NCBI GenBank assembly: GCA_964542755.1
Contig: CAZIWL010000005.1
Coordinates: 12,439-76,438 of the forward strand
Length of the DNA: 64,000 nt
Source of the DNA: an uncultured Anaerolineales bacterium
GTDB taxonomy: Bacteria; Chloroflexota; Anaerolineae; B4-G1
Direction of reading: 5' to 3'
Shown: one piece after another, positions 39,351-49,109 of the stretch
Layout: each line of letters begins with the position of its first letter
Numbering within the stretch: the first letter of the stretch is position 1
Program-made: the position numbers and the translations under genes
Notes under the pieces: generated by a model
What the model was told of the DNA's origin: nothing
What the model saw: the letters and a program-made list of their open reading frames with translations, nothing else
Database searches by the model: none

Positions 39351-39812
39351 CTAGGACGAATCTGACTCCGTCCGCCTACCCAGGTGGGGCGTCAAGGGCC
39401 CGAGGACCTGTAGGGTCACGAAGGTTAGGGCGGTCCCCACCAGCGATATGCGCCACAGCCCGAGGCCGCAAGCCACACCAATCGCGGATGTGGCCCAAAT
39501 TGCGGCTGCCGTGGTTAAGCCAAGCACCGATCCGCGGGTGACGAAGATTGTCCCTGCTCCAAGGAACCCGATACCCTGAGCGACGCTGGAGATAAGGCGC
39601 ACAGGGTCAACCCGCGTCGGTCCGATCTCCGTCAGTGCTTGGGCTTCCTCAATGACCTCCAGCGTGACGAGGACAAATAGCGCGGCGCCCAGGCAGACCA
39701 GGATGAAGGTGCGCAGGCCAGCTGGCTTTTCCTCGTACTCCCGCTCCCAGCCGATGACGCCGCCCAGGACAAAGGCAAGGGCGAGACGTCCGACGATCAT
39801 CCAGAAACTCAT
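39351..39812 (-). CDS. MgtC/SapB-family membrane protein
   Basis: 153 aa, 4-5 TM helices. GWEREY...GLRT motif typical of the MgtC N-terminal domain. Confidence 0.8.
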   Translation of the reverse strand: MSFWMIVGRLALAFVLGGVIGWEREYEEKPAGLRTFILVCLGAALFVLVTLEVIEEAQALTEIGPTRVDPVRLISSVAQGIGFLGAGTIFVTRGSVLGLTTAAAIWATSAIGVACGLGLWRISLVGTALTFVTLQVLGPLTPHLGRRTESDSS

Positions 39813-39949
39813 AGTCCTTTCCCCCTTCCGTTGGCCTGCCTGCAGGCGACATCAAAAAACCAGAAGAGCGCTGAGTCACCGGAGGATCCCTCCGAACTCA
39901 ACGCACTTCGCTGGAGATGGCTAGACGCAGGACGCGTATCGGGTCTTCT

Positions 39950-40369
39950 CTACCGGGCTAGCTTGACCTCACTTGCCTCCGGGCCCTTATCCGACTCAGT
40001 CACGGAGAACGTCACTTTCACGCCTTCATCGAAGTCTCTCTCGTTCCCTTCAGCAATGGCGTTCTTGTGGAAGAAGATGTCCTCGCCGTTCCGCATGGTG
40101 ATGAAACCGTACCGCTTTCTCGGCTCATACCATTTAACCACTCCGGCCTGCTCGCCTTCCTCCAATGACTCTACCGACTCTACCGACTCTACCGACTCCA
40201 CCGACTCCACCGATTCCACCGACTCCACTGGCTGACCCTCTCGGCACTCCGGACAGAGAGAGGGCTCAACTTCCAACCCCATCTTTTCGAGCCGTCGTTG
40301 CTCCTCAACGGTGAAGACGTACTGCTTTTCGCACTTCTCGCATGTGGCCCACGTATCGCGGTGTGGCAC
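39950..40369 (-). CDS. Zinc-ribbon / (VES)n-repeat / cold-shock-domain protein
   Basis: CEKCEK...CPEC ribbon. VESVESVESVESVESVES linker. CspA-like GVVKWYEPRKRYGFITMRNGEDIFFH core. Confidence 0.75.
   Translation of the reverse strand: MPHRDTWATCEKCEKQYVFTVEEQRRLEKMGLEVEPSLCPECREGQPVESVESVESVESVESVESVESLEEGEQAGVVKWYEPRKRYGFITMRNGEDIFFHKNAIAEGNERDFDEGVKVTFSVTESDKGPEASEVKLAR
40167..40229. repeat. Seven tandem 9-bp units (GACTCYACC) in-frame within the CSD gene, encoding (VES)n
   Basis: gactctacc x3, gactccacc x2, gattccacc, gactccact. Confidence 0.85.
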
Positions 40370-40787
40370 AGAAACCTCCTTATAGCACTTCTAACTGTAA
40401 GAAAACTCACCTGGCGACAGACGCACAACAGCGGCAGATGCCTCTGGCACCCTGCCCTGCCATCGTCTCCGGCTGTCCCCACGTGCTTTCTACGTGTGTC
40501 TCCTGCACGTCCACAGGTACGTACTGAAGGCACCTAATCAAGCCTCGTATCTGCTCTCTGTACGTCCTGTTGACGCTATCTTACGTGATGGAAGAGCTTT
40601 TGTCAATGCGATGCTAGTGGTAGGTTCGCGGTGCGCGGCGGGGTGAGCAGCACGAGTTCCCGGACCCGACCAGTCCAGTGCAAGGGCACGATGAACGGCG
40701 GAGAGGCCATTGCCAAATTGACTCTCCAGGGTAGAATCAAGCCATCGGCAGTGGCGGCATACACTATCGAGGAGCTAGAGAGGCACC

Positions 40788-41561
40788 ATGAGCGATTCCA
40801 ATGAGGCAATCTACGAGGCTGCGGTCAGGGCAATGCGGGATGGTGAAGCAGTGGCGTTGGCCACTATCGTGGACGCGGGCCCCTCGTCGCCGCGGGCGCC
40901 TGGGGCCAAAATGCTGATCTACGCGGACGGGAGGACTGAGGGCACTGTCGGGGGAGGGCCGTCCGAGGCCTGGGTCGTCGGTCAGGCCCGGGAGGCACTC
41001 ATCGAGGGCCGGTCGCGGCTCATCTCTCGGTCGGCAGAGGAGGGGGAGGACGTGTGTGCCGGCGACATCAGCTGCTTCGTCGACATCCTGCTGCCTGAGC
41101 CGACGCTGCTGATCGTCGGCGCGGGCTACATCGGCCAGGCCGTGGCATCCATAGGGGCGTGGCTGGGCTTCCGCATTGCCATCCTAGACGAACGTCCATC
41201 GATGGTATCGCCTGAGCACTTTCCAGATGCGGATGTTCTCATCGGTGGGTCCTTGGATGCGGAGCTCCAGTCTTATCCCTTGGGCGAGCACGTCTATGTT
41301 ATCCTGGTCACACCGCACCATTCCCCGGACGAGGAGGCCCTGGCGATCCTGGCCGAGCGTGAGGTTCCCTACGTGGGTCTGCTCGGCGGAAAACGCAGAA
41401 CTGAGGCTACCTTTGGCAGGGCTCGGGCGCTGGGGGTGCCCGAAGGTTTCCTTGAGCAGATCCACACGCCCATTGGCATCGATATCGGCGCCGAGACGCC
41501 TAAGGAGATAGCGCTCTCCATCCTGGCTGATGTCACCGCTGTCCGGCGAGGAGGACGCTAG
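40788..41561 (+). CDS. XdhC/CoxI-family accessory protein (molybdenum cofactor insertion-like)
   Basis: N-terminal XdhC_CoxI domain. Rossmann segment LLIVGAGYIGQA. Confidence 0.8.
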   Translation: MSDSNEAIYEAAVRAMRDGEAVALATIVDAGPSSPRAPGAKMLIYADGRTEGTVGGGPSEAWVVGQAREALIEGRSRLISRSAEEGEDVCAGDISCFVDILLPEPTLLIVGAGYIGQAVASIGAWLGFRIAILDERPSMVSPEHFPDADVLIGGSLDAELQSYPLGEHVYVILVTPHHSPDEEALAILAEREVPYVGLLGGKRRTEATFGRARALGVPEGFLEQIHTPIGIDIGAETPKEIALSILADVTAVRRGGR

Positions 41562-41564
41562 TCT

Positions 41565-42857
41565 ATGGAAGCAGCGTTGCCTCAGTCTGAGGTGCGGCGC
41601 AGTTTTGTGCTCAACGTCTTCAATGGGGCGCTCTTCAATTCCGCCTCCCGACTGATCGATCCCCCTTTGGTCCTGACCTGGTTCATCAGTCAGTTGACGG
41701 CGTCCAACTTGCTCGTCGGCTTGGTAACACCCCTGGGAACGGCAGCCTGGCTCCTTCCCCAGGTCTTTGTCTCCCCGCGAATCCAGCGCATGGAGCGAAA
41801 AATGGGAAGCTACTCCCTCGCCGGCGCGATCAGGGTCTTGATCTGGCTCGTGTTGGCGGGGATGCTCTGGTTCGTGGATGCACCGGCAGTCTTGCTCCTC
41901 AGCTTCTTCGTGCTGTACACGACGGCTTGGGTTGTGGGCGGTATGGCGGGGCTGACCTTCTTTGATGTGGTGGCGAAAACCATCCCGGCAACGCGCCGCG
42001 GCTCGCTCTTTGCGTGGCGGCAGTTTGTCGGCGGGCTGCTGGGTCTCGGTGCCAGCTGGGTGGTGACTAGGGTCTTGAACCAGCCCAGCTTGCCCTTCCC
42101 CCGGGGCCACGCTGTTCTCTTCCTCCTCTACGGTCTCACCATCGCCCCGGCCGTTGGCGCTTTCGCCGCCATTCGCGAGCCCGCGGGAGAACGCGGGATC
42201 GAGCCCGGATCCCTCGGTGAGCAGCTGGGACGCGCACTTCGGGTTCTCCGGCGGGACGATGTCTACCGGCGCTACATGGTGGCCCGCCTGGCCCTGGGCT
42301 TGGCAGAGATTGCGCTGCCCTTCTACGCCGTGTACGCCAAGCGCGTGCTTGGTGCACCGGACGGCATGGTCGGTATCTACGTGGCTGCGCGCGTCGCTGC
42401 TCAGCTGCTCCTCAACCTCCTCTGGGGGCGGTTGAGTGACCGCCGAGGGAATCAAGTCGTCATGCGGCTGATGAGTGCCGGTGGGGGTCTGGCGGCCGTC
42501 TTCGCCATCGGCCTGGTGGTGCTCGTGAACGTGGCCCAGCCCCAGGGACCGTGGCTGCCTTATCTGGTGTTGCCTCTCTTCCTGCTCGACGGCGCCGTAT
42601 TGCCGGCCAAGGTTCTTTCCGGCAGCAATTTTCTACTCGAGCTCGTGCCGGCCGGTGAGCGTCCACTCTATCTCGGCCTATCGAATACGCTGATGGGTAT
42701 CGTGGTCCTCATCTCGGGTCTCGGAGGACTCGTTATCGACCTCTTGGGGTTCACTTGTCTCTTCGGCCTGGCGGCGGGGCTGTTTGTGGTCGCCTATGTC
42801 TCCACCTCCAGGCTTCCGAACACCCGAGAAACGCTCGAAACGGTGGAGGCTGTGTGA
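41565..42857 (+). CDS. MFS transporter
   Basis: 430 aa, 12 predicted TM helices. D-R-x-G-R-(R/K)-like motif (LSDRRGNQ). Confidence 0.8.
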   Translation: MEAALPQSEVRRSFVLNVFNGALFNSASRLIDPPLVLTWFISQLTASNLLVGLVTPLGTAAWLLPQVFVSPRIQRMERKMGSYSLAGAIRVLIWLVLAGMLWFVDAPAVLLLSFFVLYTTAWVVGGMAGLTFFDVVAKTIPATRRGSLFAWRQFVGGLLGLGASWVVTRVLNQPSLPFPRGHAVLFLLYGLTIAPAVGAFAAIREPAGERGIEPGSLGEQLGRALRVLRRDDVYRRYMVARLALGLAEIALPFYAVYAKRVLGAPDGMVGIYVAARVAAQLLLNLLWGRLSDRRGNQVVMRLMSAGGGLAAVFAIGLVVLVNVAQPQGPWLPYLVLPLFLLDGAVLPAKVLSGSNFLLELVPAGERPLYLGLSNTLMGIVVLISGLGGLVIDLLGFTCLFGLAAGLFVVAYVSTSRLPNTRETLETVEAV

Positions 42858-42906
42858 ACGAGGCTCGGTGGACGCTGATCGGTTGCAGGCGCCGCGGAGA
42901 GTGTTG

Positions 42907-43941
42907 ATGGATCAGGCTGACGAGCGGCTAGCCCCCGTGGAACCGCCGGCCGACGTGCCCGAGATTCAGCGGGGCAATTGGCTGAGCCTCGAACCCGGCG
43001 ACCCTGTGGTTGAGTACGGGGTGGAGAAGCTCTGGGCTGGCCCGGGCCAGCCGGTTTCCTGGCGGGCAGCTAGGCTGTCCCAGGCGGCTTACGTCTACCG
43101 CGAAACCTCGACCAAGTGGTCCTTCGTGGCAAAGTTCTACGCGGTCAAGGCGGGTTCAGAGGCCGACACCTATGCTCAGCGCGAGCACGACCGCATCCAT
43201 CAGGTGCAGGCTCTCGGTCTCGGGGATGGCAAGGCCCGCGCCGTAAAACCGCTTGGCCTCTCGCGCGGTGTTCTCTTCCTGGAGCATCTACCTGGACTCA
43301 CCCTTGAGAACATCATCGCTGTGCGCCACAGCCAGCCAGGAAGGCTGAGCGACGCCCTACGGTCGGTGGCCCAGTTTCTCGTCGAACTCCACGTGCGGGG
43401 CCTCCGGCCCGAGGCTGAAGGACCCGATTTCGCGTCCTCGTTGGCCTACGCTCGAGACGTCGTCCATCAGCTCGCGAAATGGGGGGTGCTGCAAGACGAT
43501 CCGCTGGCCCGTGACGGGGTCCTCCGTCTGATCGACCGCTGGGCCAGAGATTCCGATATGGAGGCTTTCGCTCCCACGCTTACCCACGGCGATGCGACCA
43601 CGACCAACGCCGTCTTTCCAGGAGCGGAGGGGATCGTTGTGTTGGACTGGGAGCGGCTGTACCCGGGAGATCCGGCTTCTGACCTGGGCCGTCTAATGGC
43701 GGAGGTGACCCACAGTATCAACCAACACGGCGGCAGCGTGCTGGAGGCCCAGCCTTTCGTAGAGAAACTGTGTGATGCCTACTTCCGTGCGCTGCCGGAC
43801 GACTGGGACGGCGAAGGCCTCGTCCGACGGGCCAGATTCTACCGAGCCTCAAGTACTCTGCGCATCGCTCGCAATGGGTGGGTCTCCCGCCTGGATCGAA
43901 CGGCTCTCGTGGCTCAGGCCATGGGGCTGCTGGCCCGCTAG
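42907..43941 (+). CDS. Aminoglycoside-phosphotransferase/choline-kinase-family phosphotransferase
   Basis: Brenner-like HGDATTTNAVF and VLDWERLYPGDPASDLG motifs. GGAGAG RBS before the ATG at 42907. Confidence 0.65.
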   Translation: MDQADERLAPVEPPADVPEIQRGNWLSLEPGDPVVEYGVEKLWAGPGQPVSWRAARLSQAAYVYRETSTKWSFVAKFYAVKAGSEADTYAQREHDRIHQVQALGLGDGKARAVKPLGLSRGVLFLEHLPGLTLENIIAVRHSQPGRLSDALRSVAQFLVELHVRGLRPEAEGPDFASSLAYARDVVHQLAKWGVLQDDPLARDGVLRLIDRWARDSDMEAFAPTLTHGDATTTNAVFPGAEGIVVLDWERLYPGDPASDLGRLMAEVTHSINQHGGSVLEAQPFVEKLCDAYFRALPDDWDGEGLVRRARFYRASSTLRIARNGWVSRLDRTALVAQAMGLLAR

Positions 43942-43963
43942 CCGAGTCACCGAGGAGGCCTCC

Positions 43964-44620
43964 TTGGAAGTCTACTTGATCCGCCACGGGCAGTCCACAA
44001 ACCAGGTGCTGGACAGTCGCGACGATATTGTGTTTGATCCGCACCTGACGGAACTCGGCTGTCGCCAAGCCGACCTGCTGGCCCGCTTCTTCGCCGCGGG
44101 CGAGGAGGCCGTCCGATTCGCCGAATCGAGAATCGACCGGCTCGTTTGCAGCCCCATGTGGCGGGCTCTGCAGACCGCCCGGCCCCTCGCTAGGGCCTTG
44201 AACCTCCAGCCGGAAGTCTGGGTCGACGTCCACGAGCAGGTCTTGACCGACGAGATCCGCTCCGGGAGCACGAAACAGGAGATTCTGACTGCCTTTCCCG
44301 AATATGTGCTCCCCGATGGCGTGACGGACGAAGGATGGTGGCATCGGGGACGGGAGACGCGCTCGAGCCGCATGGAGCGAGCGCTCAGGGTAGCCTTTCG
44401 CGTCTGGGAGCGGGCTGACGTAGACGAAAATCTGGCGATCGTGTCTCACGCCAGGTTCATTGATTCGCTCCTGAAGGCGATACAGGACCAACTGCCAAGT
44501 CGGTGGTGCTGGTACCATCACAGTAACACGGCCATCTCTCGCCTCGCCCTCGTCGAGGGGCGGCTTGAGATCCGCTACCTCAACCGGGTCTCCCATCTCA
44601 CGCCGGACCTGGTCTCTTGA
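43964..44620 (+). CDS. Histidine phosphatase family protein (phosphoglycerate-mutase-like)
   Basis: LIRHGQS catalytic RHG motif near the N-terminus. TTG start with GAGGAGG RBS. Confidence 0.7.
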   Translation: MEVYLIRHGQSTNQVLDSRDDIVFDPHLTELGCRQADLLARFFAAGEEAVRFAESRIDRLVCSPMWRALQTARPLARALNLQPEVWVDVHEQVLTDEIRSGSTKQEILTAFPEYVLPDGVTDEGWWHRGRETRSSRMERALRVAFRVWERADVDENLAIVSHARFIDSLLKAIQDQLPSRWCWYHHSNTAISRLALVEGRLEIRYLNRVSHLTPDLVS

Positions 44621-45935
44621 TGCGGCTTTCTTATGCCTCAGCGCCGCCGATTGACCTGAGGCGCCCGGCCATTGCACTCTATCTGCACGTACCGTTCTGC
44701 CGAGCGCGATGTGCATACTGCGACTTCGATACGTTCGCAGGCCTGGAGGCGTTCATCCCTGCCTACGCAGACGCCCTGGCGAGGAAATCCGGGCGGCGGG
44801 CGAGCGGTGGCGACCAGCAACTGTCCCAACGATCTATTTCGGTGGTGGTACCCCCTCCCTTCTGCCCCTCCAAGTTGTGGACGATCTCGTGGATGCTCTG
44901 CATACCGCCTTCGATCTATCCCAGGGTGTGGAGGTCAGTTTTGAGGCAAATCCCGGCACCGTCAGTCCAGACTACCTGTGCGGACTTCGGCAACTGGGCA
45001 TCAATCGCCTAAGCCTTGGGATCCAATCCGCCGATGACGGCGAGCTGGAGAGATTGGGCCGCGTTCACAGTTGGCGTGATGCGGTGCTGGCGGTCGATTG
45101 GTCTCGAAAGGCCGGGTTCGATAATCTGTCTCTCGATCTCCTGTTTGGCGTCCCTGCTCAGTCTTTGAGTGACTGGGAGGTGACCTTGGGACGTGTGATG
45201 GGGCTCGACTCGGAGCATCTCTCGCTCTATGGCTTGGTGATCGAGAAGGGGACACCCCTCGCCGAGAGGATACGACGCGGCGACGCGGTGCCTGTGGAGG
45301 ACGATTTGGCAGCCGACATGATCGAGTTGGCGGAGGAGATGCTCGCCGACGCTGGGTACTTCCACTACGAGATCTCCAACTGGGCCCGGACCGGGATCTC
45401 GCCCCTGGAGGGAGATGCTCGCTGGTGGCCGGAAGGCACCGCCAAGGCATTGGGCTCCGTCTTGTGCGAGAGGATCACGGGCCGGGTCTGTCACCATAAT
45501 CTGACCTATTGGCGAAATCGACCGTGGTTGGGGCTGGGTGCGGCGGCGCACTCCTGGATGCCGCCTGGCTTACCGCCCCGCATCGTGAACTCTGGGACGG
45601 CGTCAATCGGTGGGCAGAGATGGGCGAACCCAAGACATCCACAGGACTACGTCGCCTCCATGTCGAAGACGGTCGGTCTTCCCAGCGTCGAGGAGGTAGA
45701 GGTCATCGACCCTCAGCTAGAGATGGGCGAGACGATGATGCTCGGGTTGCGTTTGGCAGAGGGTGTGCGTGCTCGGCGTTTTGAACAACGCTTCGGTCGC
45801 TCGCTGGTCGACGTCTTCGGCGGCGAGCTGGATGAGCTCCGTGGTCTTGACCTGGTCACCTGGGACGGCGTCGTGGCACGGCTCACCGCGCGCGGCAGGC
45901 TCCTGGGCAACCGCGTATTCGAGCGTTTCATCTGA
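44617..45935 (+). CDS. HemW/HemN-like radical SAM protein, interrupted by an apparent 1-nt frameshift near 44776-44784
   Basis: N-terminus (LYLHVPFCRARCAYCDF) in one frame to about 44788. Remainder (EEIRAAGE..TIYFGGGTPSLL..) in the -1 frame from about 44781. The two ORFs overlap and together span a HemW. Confidence 0.65.
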
Positions 45936-46540
45936 TGGACTTCGCGGCCCGATCGACTCTCGAAGTGGGGCTTCTTTCGGACACCCATGTCCCGTACCGG
46001 ATGAAAGAGCTGCCGCGGACCGTCCTTGACGCTCTCGACGGCGTCGACCTTATCCTCCACGCGGGCGATGTGGACAAGCCTGCGGCGCTGGATCTTCTAC
46101 GCGAGCTGGCCCCGGTATTTGCGGTGCGGGGCAACGTCCACGTGCTCGACCTGTCCACCGGCGGCGCATCACTCCCCGCGTCGCTGGAGCTGTGTCTGGC
46201 CGGTCGGTCCGTGATCGTCACGCACGGGTCTCTCCGCGGACTGAGCAGCCTCTGGTTCAAGGGGCGGGACGTCATTCTGCGTTTGTTGGATGCCAGCGAA
46301 AAGGCCCGTTTCAATGCCCGTGTCGCTCAAAGGCTGAGGGCCCTTCATCCGTGTGCCGATATCATCGTCTTTGGGCACACACACCGTGCCTTCACCGAAT
46401 GCGTCGGCGACACACTCCTCGTCAACCCAGGGGCGGTCTGTCCAACCTTGAGGGAGGTCCCGACCGTCGCGCGCATGACCCTGAACGATGACAACGTCCA
46501 GGTACACGTAATGACCCTTGACCAACCGGGGTCCTGGTAG
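45935..46540 (+). CDS. Metallophosphoesterase (YfcE/MJ0936 family)
   Basis: GLLSDTH, HAGD, GNVH, GHTH metal-binding motifs. Confidence 0.8.
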   Translation: MDFAARSTLEVGLLSDTHVPYRMKELPRTVLDALDGVDLILHAGDVDKPAALDLLRELAPVFAVRGNVHVLDLSTGGASLPASLELCLAGRSVIVTHGSLRGLSSLWFKGRDVILRLLDASEKARFNARVAQRLRALHPCADIIVFGHTHRAFTECVGDTLLVNPGAVCPTLREVPTVARMTLNDDNVQVHVMTLDQPGSW

Positions 46541-46779
46541 CCACCGAAGAAACCAGAATGTCGATCCGACGTCGTCTACCCCGGTCCGCGGTACATCTCT
46601 TACTCTCGATCCCTGTAGATTTTCAGCGCCGTGATTGACTCGGTTCAGTCCCTGGACTTCTTCAGGAGGTCGTCTCCGATCCTCGCGCGTATTCTTGGCT
46701 TGGTAGCCCTTCCGTTGACAGAATCTCGGGTCAGGGCCATAATCGGTGCAAACCGAATAGAAATAGAAAGGGGGACCCA

Positions 46780-48105
46780 ATGGCCGAAGAGAACGTTCGA
46801 GGCAAGGATGAGGTGGTGCGGATCATCGAAACTGCTCAGACCCTGGGGATCGAGGTGGACGAGTCTGACGTAAGTCAGTGGCTGACGGCCATGGCTGCCT
46901 CGGGCTCGATGGATTGGGATGTGGACGAAGAGGTGGGTATCTTTGGCCACGAGATTACGCTCCTTGATTTTGACAAAGCCTCATTGGAACGCTATCGGCG
47001 CATCGCCGACGTCGTCCAACTGCCCGATCTGCCCAACGTGGAGACGGCCATCAGCCTGGCGGGCAGTGCGGCTCAGGGGGTAATCCAGCGCTATCCGGGT
47101 GATGCTGACTACTTCGAGCGTGTCAACATCCACGCCGAGACTCGTGAGGAGGCGTGCCAGATCCTGGCGGATCTGATGCGGGACAAGGCCTTGAACACGT
47201 TCCAGGGGCCAGACTACCATCTCATCGAAGTCAAGTTCGGAACGTGGAAGACGGACGTGGTGAAGGATGGGGAGCACCTCCCTGCCGGGTCCCCCATATC
47301 CTGGAGCGCTGAGGAGGTCCAGGAGGGCACGATGCGCGTCTTCCGCGAGTCCGGCGATCTCTGGGAGGTCGCCTGGTCATACGGTGCCCTTGATCCCGGA
47401 TGGTGCAAGATGGACTGGGTGATTGCGGAGCCCGAACGCGGCCGAGTGGTGAACGCCAGCAACATGTTGGACGTCACTTGGGAGTCCCCTGACGGCGAGA
47501 TCGTGCCCCTCGACGGTTTCTTGGATCCCTATTTCCAGGAGGTCTACCTGGAAGCGGAGTCGGTCCCGCTGTTCACCAAGTTGAGTCGCCAGGTTTCCCC
47601 TCGGGCGCTGGACGACTACGTAGGTCAGATCACGGGCGAGGTCGAGAAGTATACCCACGATCCAGCGAACTACGGTAAGGCGGCCAAGCGCCTCTACAAT
47701 ATCTTTCGCCTCACGGGGCAACATGGGGCGGCAGCGCTTATCAGAGAGCTCTTCGACGAGCCGGCCGCTCTCCTCTATCAGGTCTGGTCCCTCATGGATA
47801 CCATCGATGATGCAGGCAGCGCCGATTCGACGATCGATCGTAGGACCCTGGCGCGCCAGACCGACGAGCTGATCCGAAATGTCGTCGACACCACTGAGGG
47901 GCCCATGGAATCGGAGATCGTCTCCGCTCTCCTCCGGCTGCGCGATGACGTGACCGGTTGGATAGAGCTGGGTGAAGAGCGGGGAGAGTTCATCGCGGAT
48001 TCGCGGGAAAAAGTGGAGAGCCTGGTCAACAAGTACTTCAAGGAGAAACTGCTGGCGATCCCGGACGCTCGCGACTTCATCAGGGCCCTGAGGGTCGAGC
48101 ACTAG
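46780..48105 (+). CDS. Polymerase-beta-superfamily nucleotidyltransferase of unknown function (GS-x3-G-x7-GDAD motif, cGAS/OAS/CD-NTase-like), with large helical C-terminus
   Basis: ISLAGSAAQGVIQRYPGDADYF matches hG[GS]x9-13DxD. 441 aa. No recognisable partner effector. Confidence 0.45.
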   Translation: MAEENVRGKDEVVRIIETAQTLGIEVDESDVSQWLTAMAASGSMDWDVDEEVGIFGHEITLLDFDKASLERYRRIADVVQLPDLPNVETAISLAGSAAQGVIQRYPGDADYFERVNIHAETREEACQILADLMRDKALNTFQGPDYHLIEVKFGTWKTDVVKDGEHLPAGSPISWSAEEVQEGTMRVFRESGDLWEVAWSYGALDPGWCKMDWVIAEPERGRVVNASNMLDVTWESPDGEIVPLDGFLDPYFQEVYLEAESVPLFTKLSRQVSPRALDDYVGQITGEVEKYTHDPANYGKAAKRLYNIFRLTGQHGAAALIRELFDEPAALLYQVWSLMDTIDDAGSADSTIDRRTLARQTDELIRNVVDTTEGPMESEIVSALLRLRDDVTGWIELGEERGEFIADSREKVESLVNKYFKEKLLAIPDARDFIRALRVEH

Positions 48106-48119
48106 GTCTCAGTTCCCAC

Positions 48120-49109
48120 GTGCTCCGTTTCCTCCGCCGGACTCTCCACCCGGCCTGGTACCAGGGTAATCACCAGGGTCCGCCCTATTTCGAGGGCTGG
48201 TACTTTAAGCTGGTCGACGCGACCCAGCAGCATCGGATCGCGGTTATCCCTGGCATCTTCAAGGCGGCCGATCTGGAGAAGGGACATGCCTTCATCCAGA
48301 TCCTTGATGGCGGTTCCGGCGAGGCCACGTATCACGCCTATGCGACGGATACGTTCCGCGCCGCGGAGCGCGAGTTCGACGTCTCCATCGGCGATAGCCG
48401 CTTCACTCTCGAGGGCGTAGTCTTGGGTGTCGATTCGGAGGATCGCTCTCTGACCGGTCAGGTGCGTTTCACGGATGTCACACCCTGGCCGGTCAGATGG
48501 ACCTCTCCCGGGGTGATGGGGTGGTTCGCCTGGATGCCCCTTATGCAGACCTATCACGGGGTTCTCAGTCTTGACCACGCCATTCAGGGCTCCCTCGTCC
48601 TTGACGGAGAACGCATCGATTTTGACGGAGGCCGAGGGTACATCGAGAAGGATTGGGGGCACTCTTTCCCCGAGGCGTGGGTCTGGACCCAGACAAACCA
48701 CTTTGGCCGGGAAGGCACTAGCCTCACGGCCTCCATTGCCACGATACCGTGGTTCTGGACGTCCTTCCGGGGTTTCTTGATCGGTCTCTGGCACGGAGGT
48801 CGTCTCTACCGCTTCGCTACCTACACCGGGGCGCGCATTGAGGAACTCGTCATAGACGAGGACGCGGTCAGCCTGGTCGTCGGCGATGGGACGTACCGCC
48901 TATCGATATCGGCCCATGGCGCGTCTGGAGGTGTCCTGCGTGGGCCCACAGGGCGAGATATGCTCGGTCGTGTGCCCGAGTCCCTGGATGCGCGCGTGAG
49001 GGTCAGGCTCACCGCTCGGCGATCCGGAAGTTCTGCCGTGGTCTTCGAAGGCGTCGGGGAGCACGCGGGATTGGAGATCGTTGGAGACCCGGACGGCCTG
49101 ATCTCCTGA
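48120..49109 (+). CDS. Tocopherol-cyclase-family (VTE1/SXE1-like) protein
   Basis: N-terminal YFEGWYFKLVD matches the FFEGWYFR signature of the family. Confidence 0.55.
   Translation: MLRFLRRTLHPAWYQGNHQGPPYFEGWYFKLVDATQQHRIAVIPGIFKAADLEKGHAFIQILDGGSGEATYHAYATDTFRAAEREFDVSIGDSRFTLEGVVLGVDSEDRSLTGQVRFTDVTPWPVRWTSPGVMGWFAWMPLMQTYHGVLSLDHAIQGSLVLDGERIDFDGGRGYIEKDWGHSFPEAWVWTQTNHFGREGTSLTASIATIPWFWTSFRGFLIGLWHGGRLYRFATYTGARIEELVIDEDAVSLVVGDGTYRLSISAHGASGGVLRGPTGRDMLGRVPESLDARVRVRLTARRSGSSAVVFEGVGEHAGLEIVGDPDGLIS

Noticed and set aside
40167-40229. Short direct repeats that could suggest a CRISPR array
   Set aside because: Units are 9 bp with no spacers. They lie in-frame inside a CDS and encode VES repeats. 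This is a coding microsatellite, not CRISPR.
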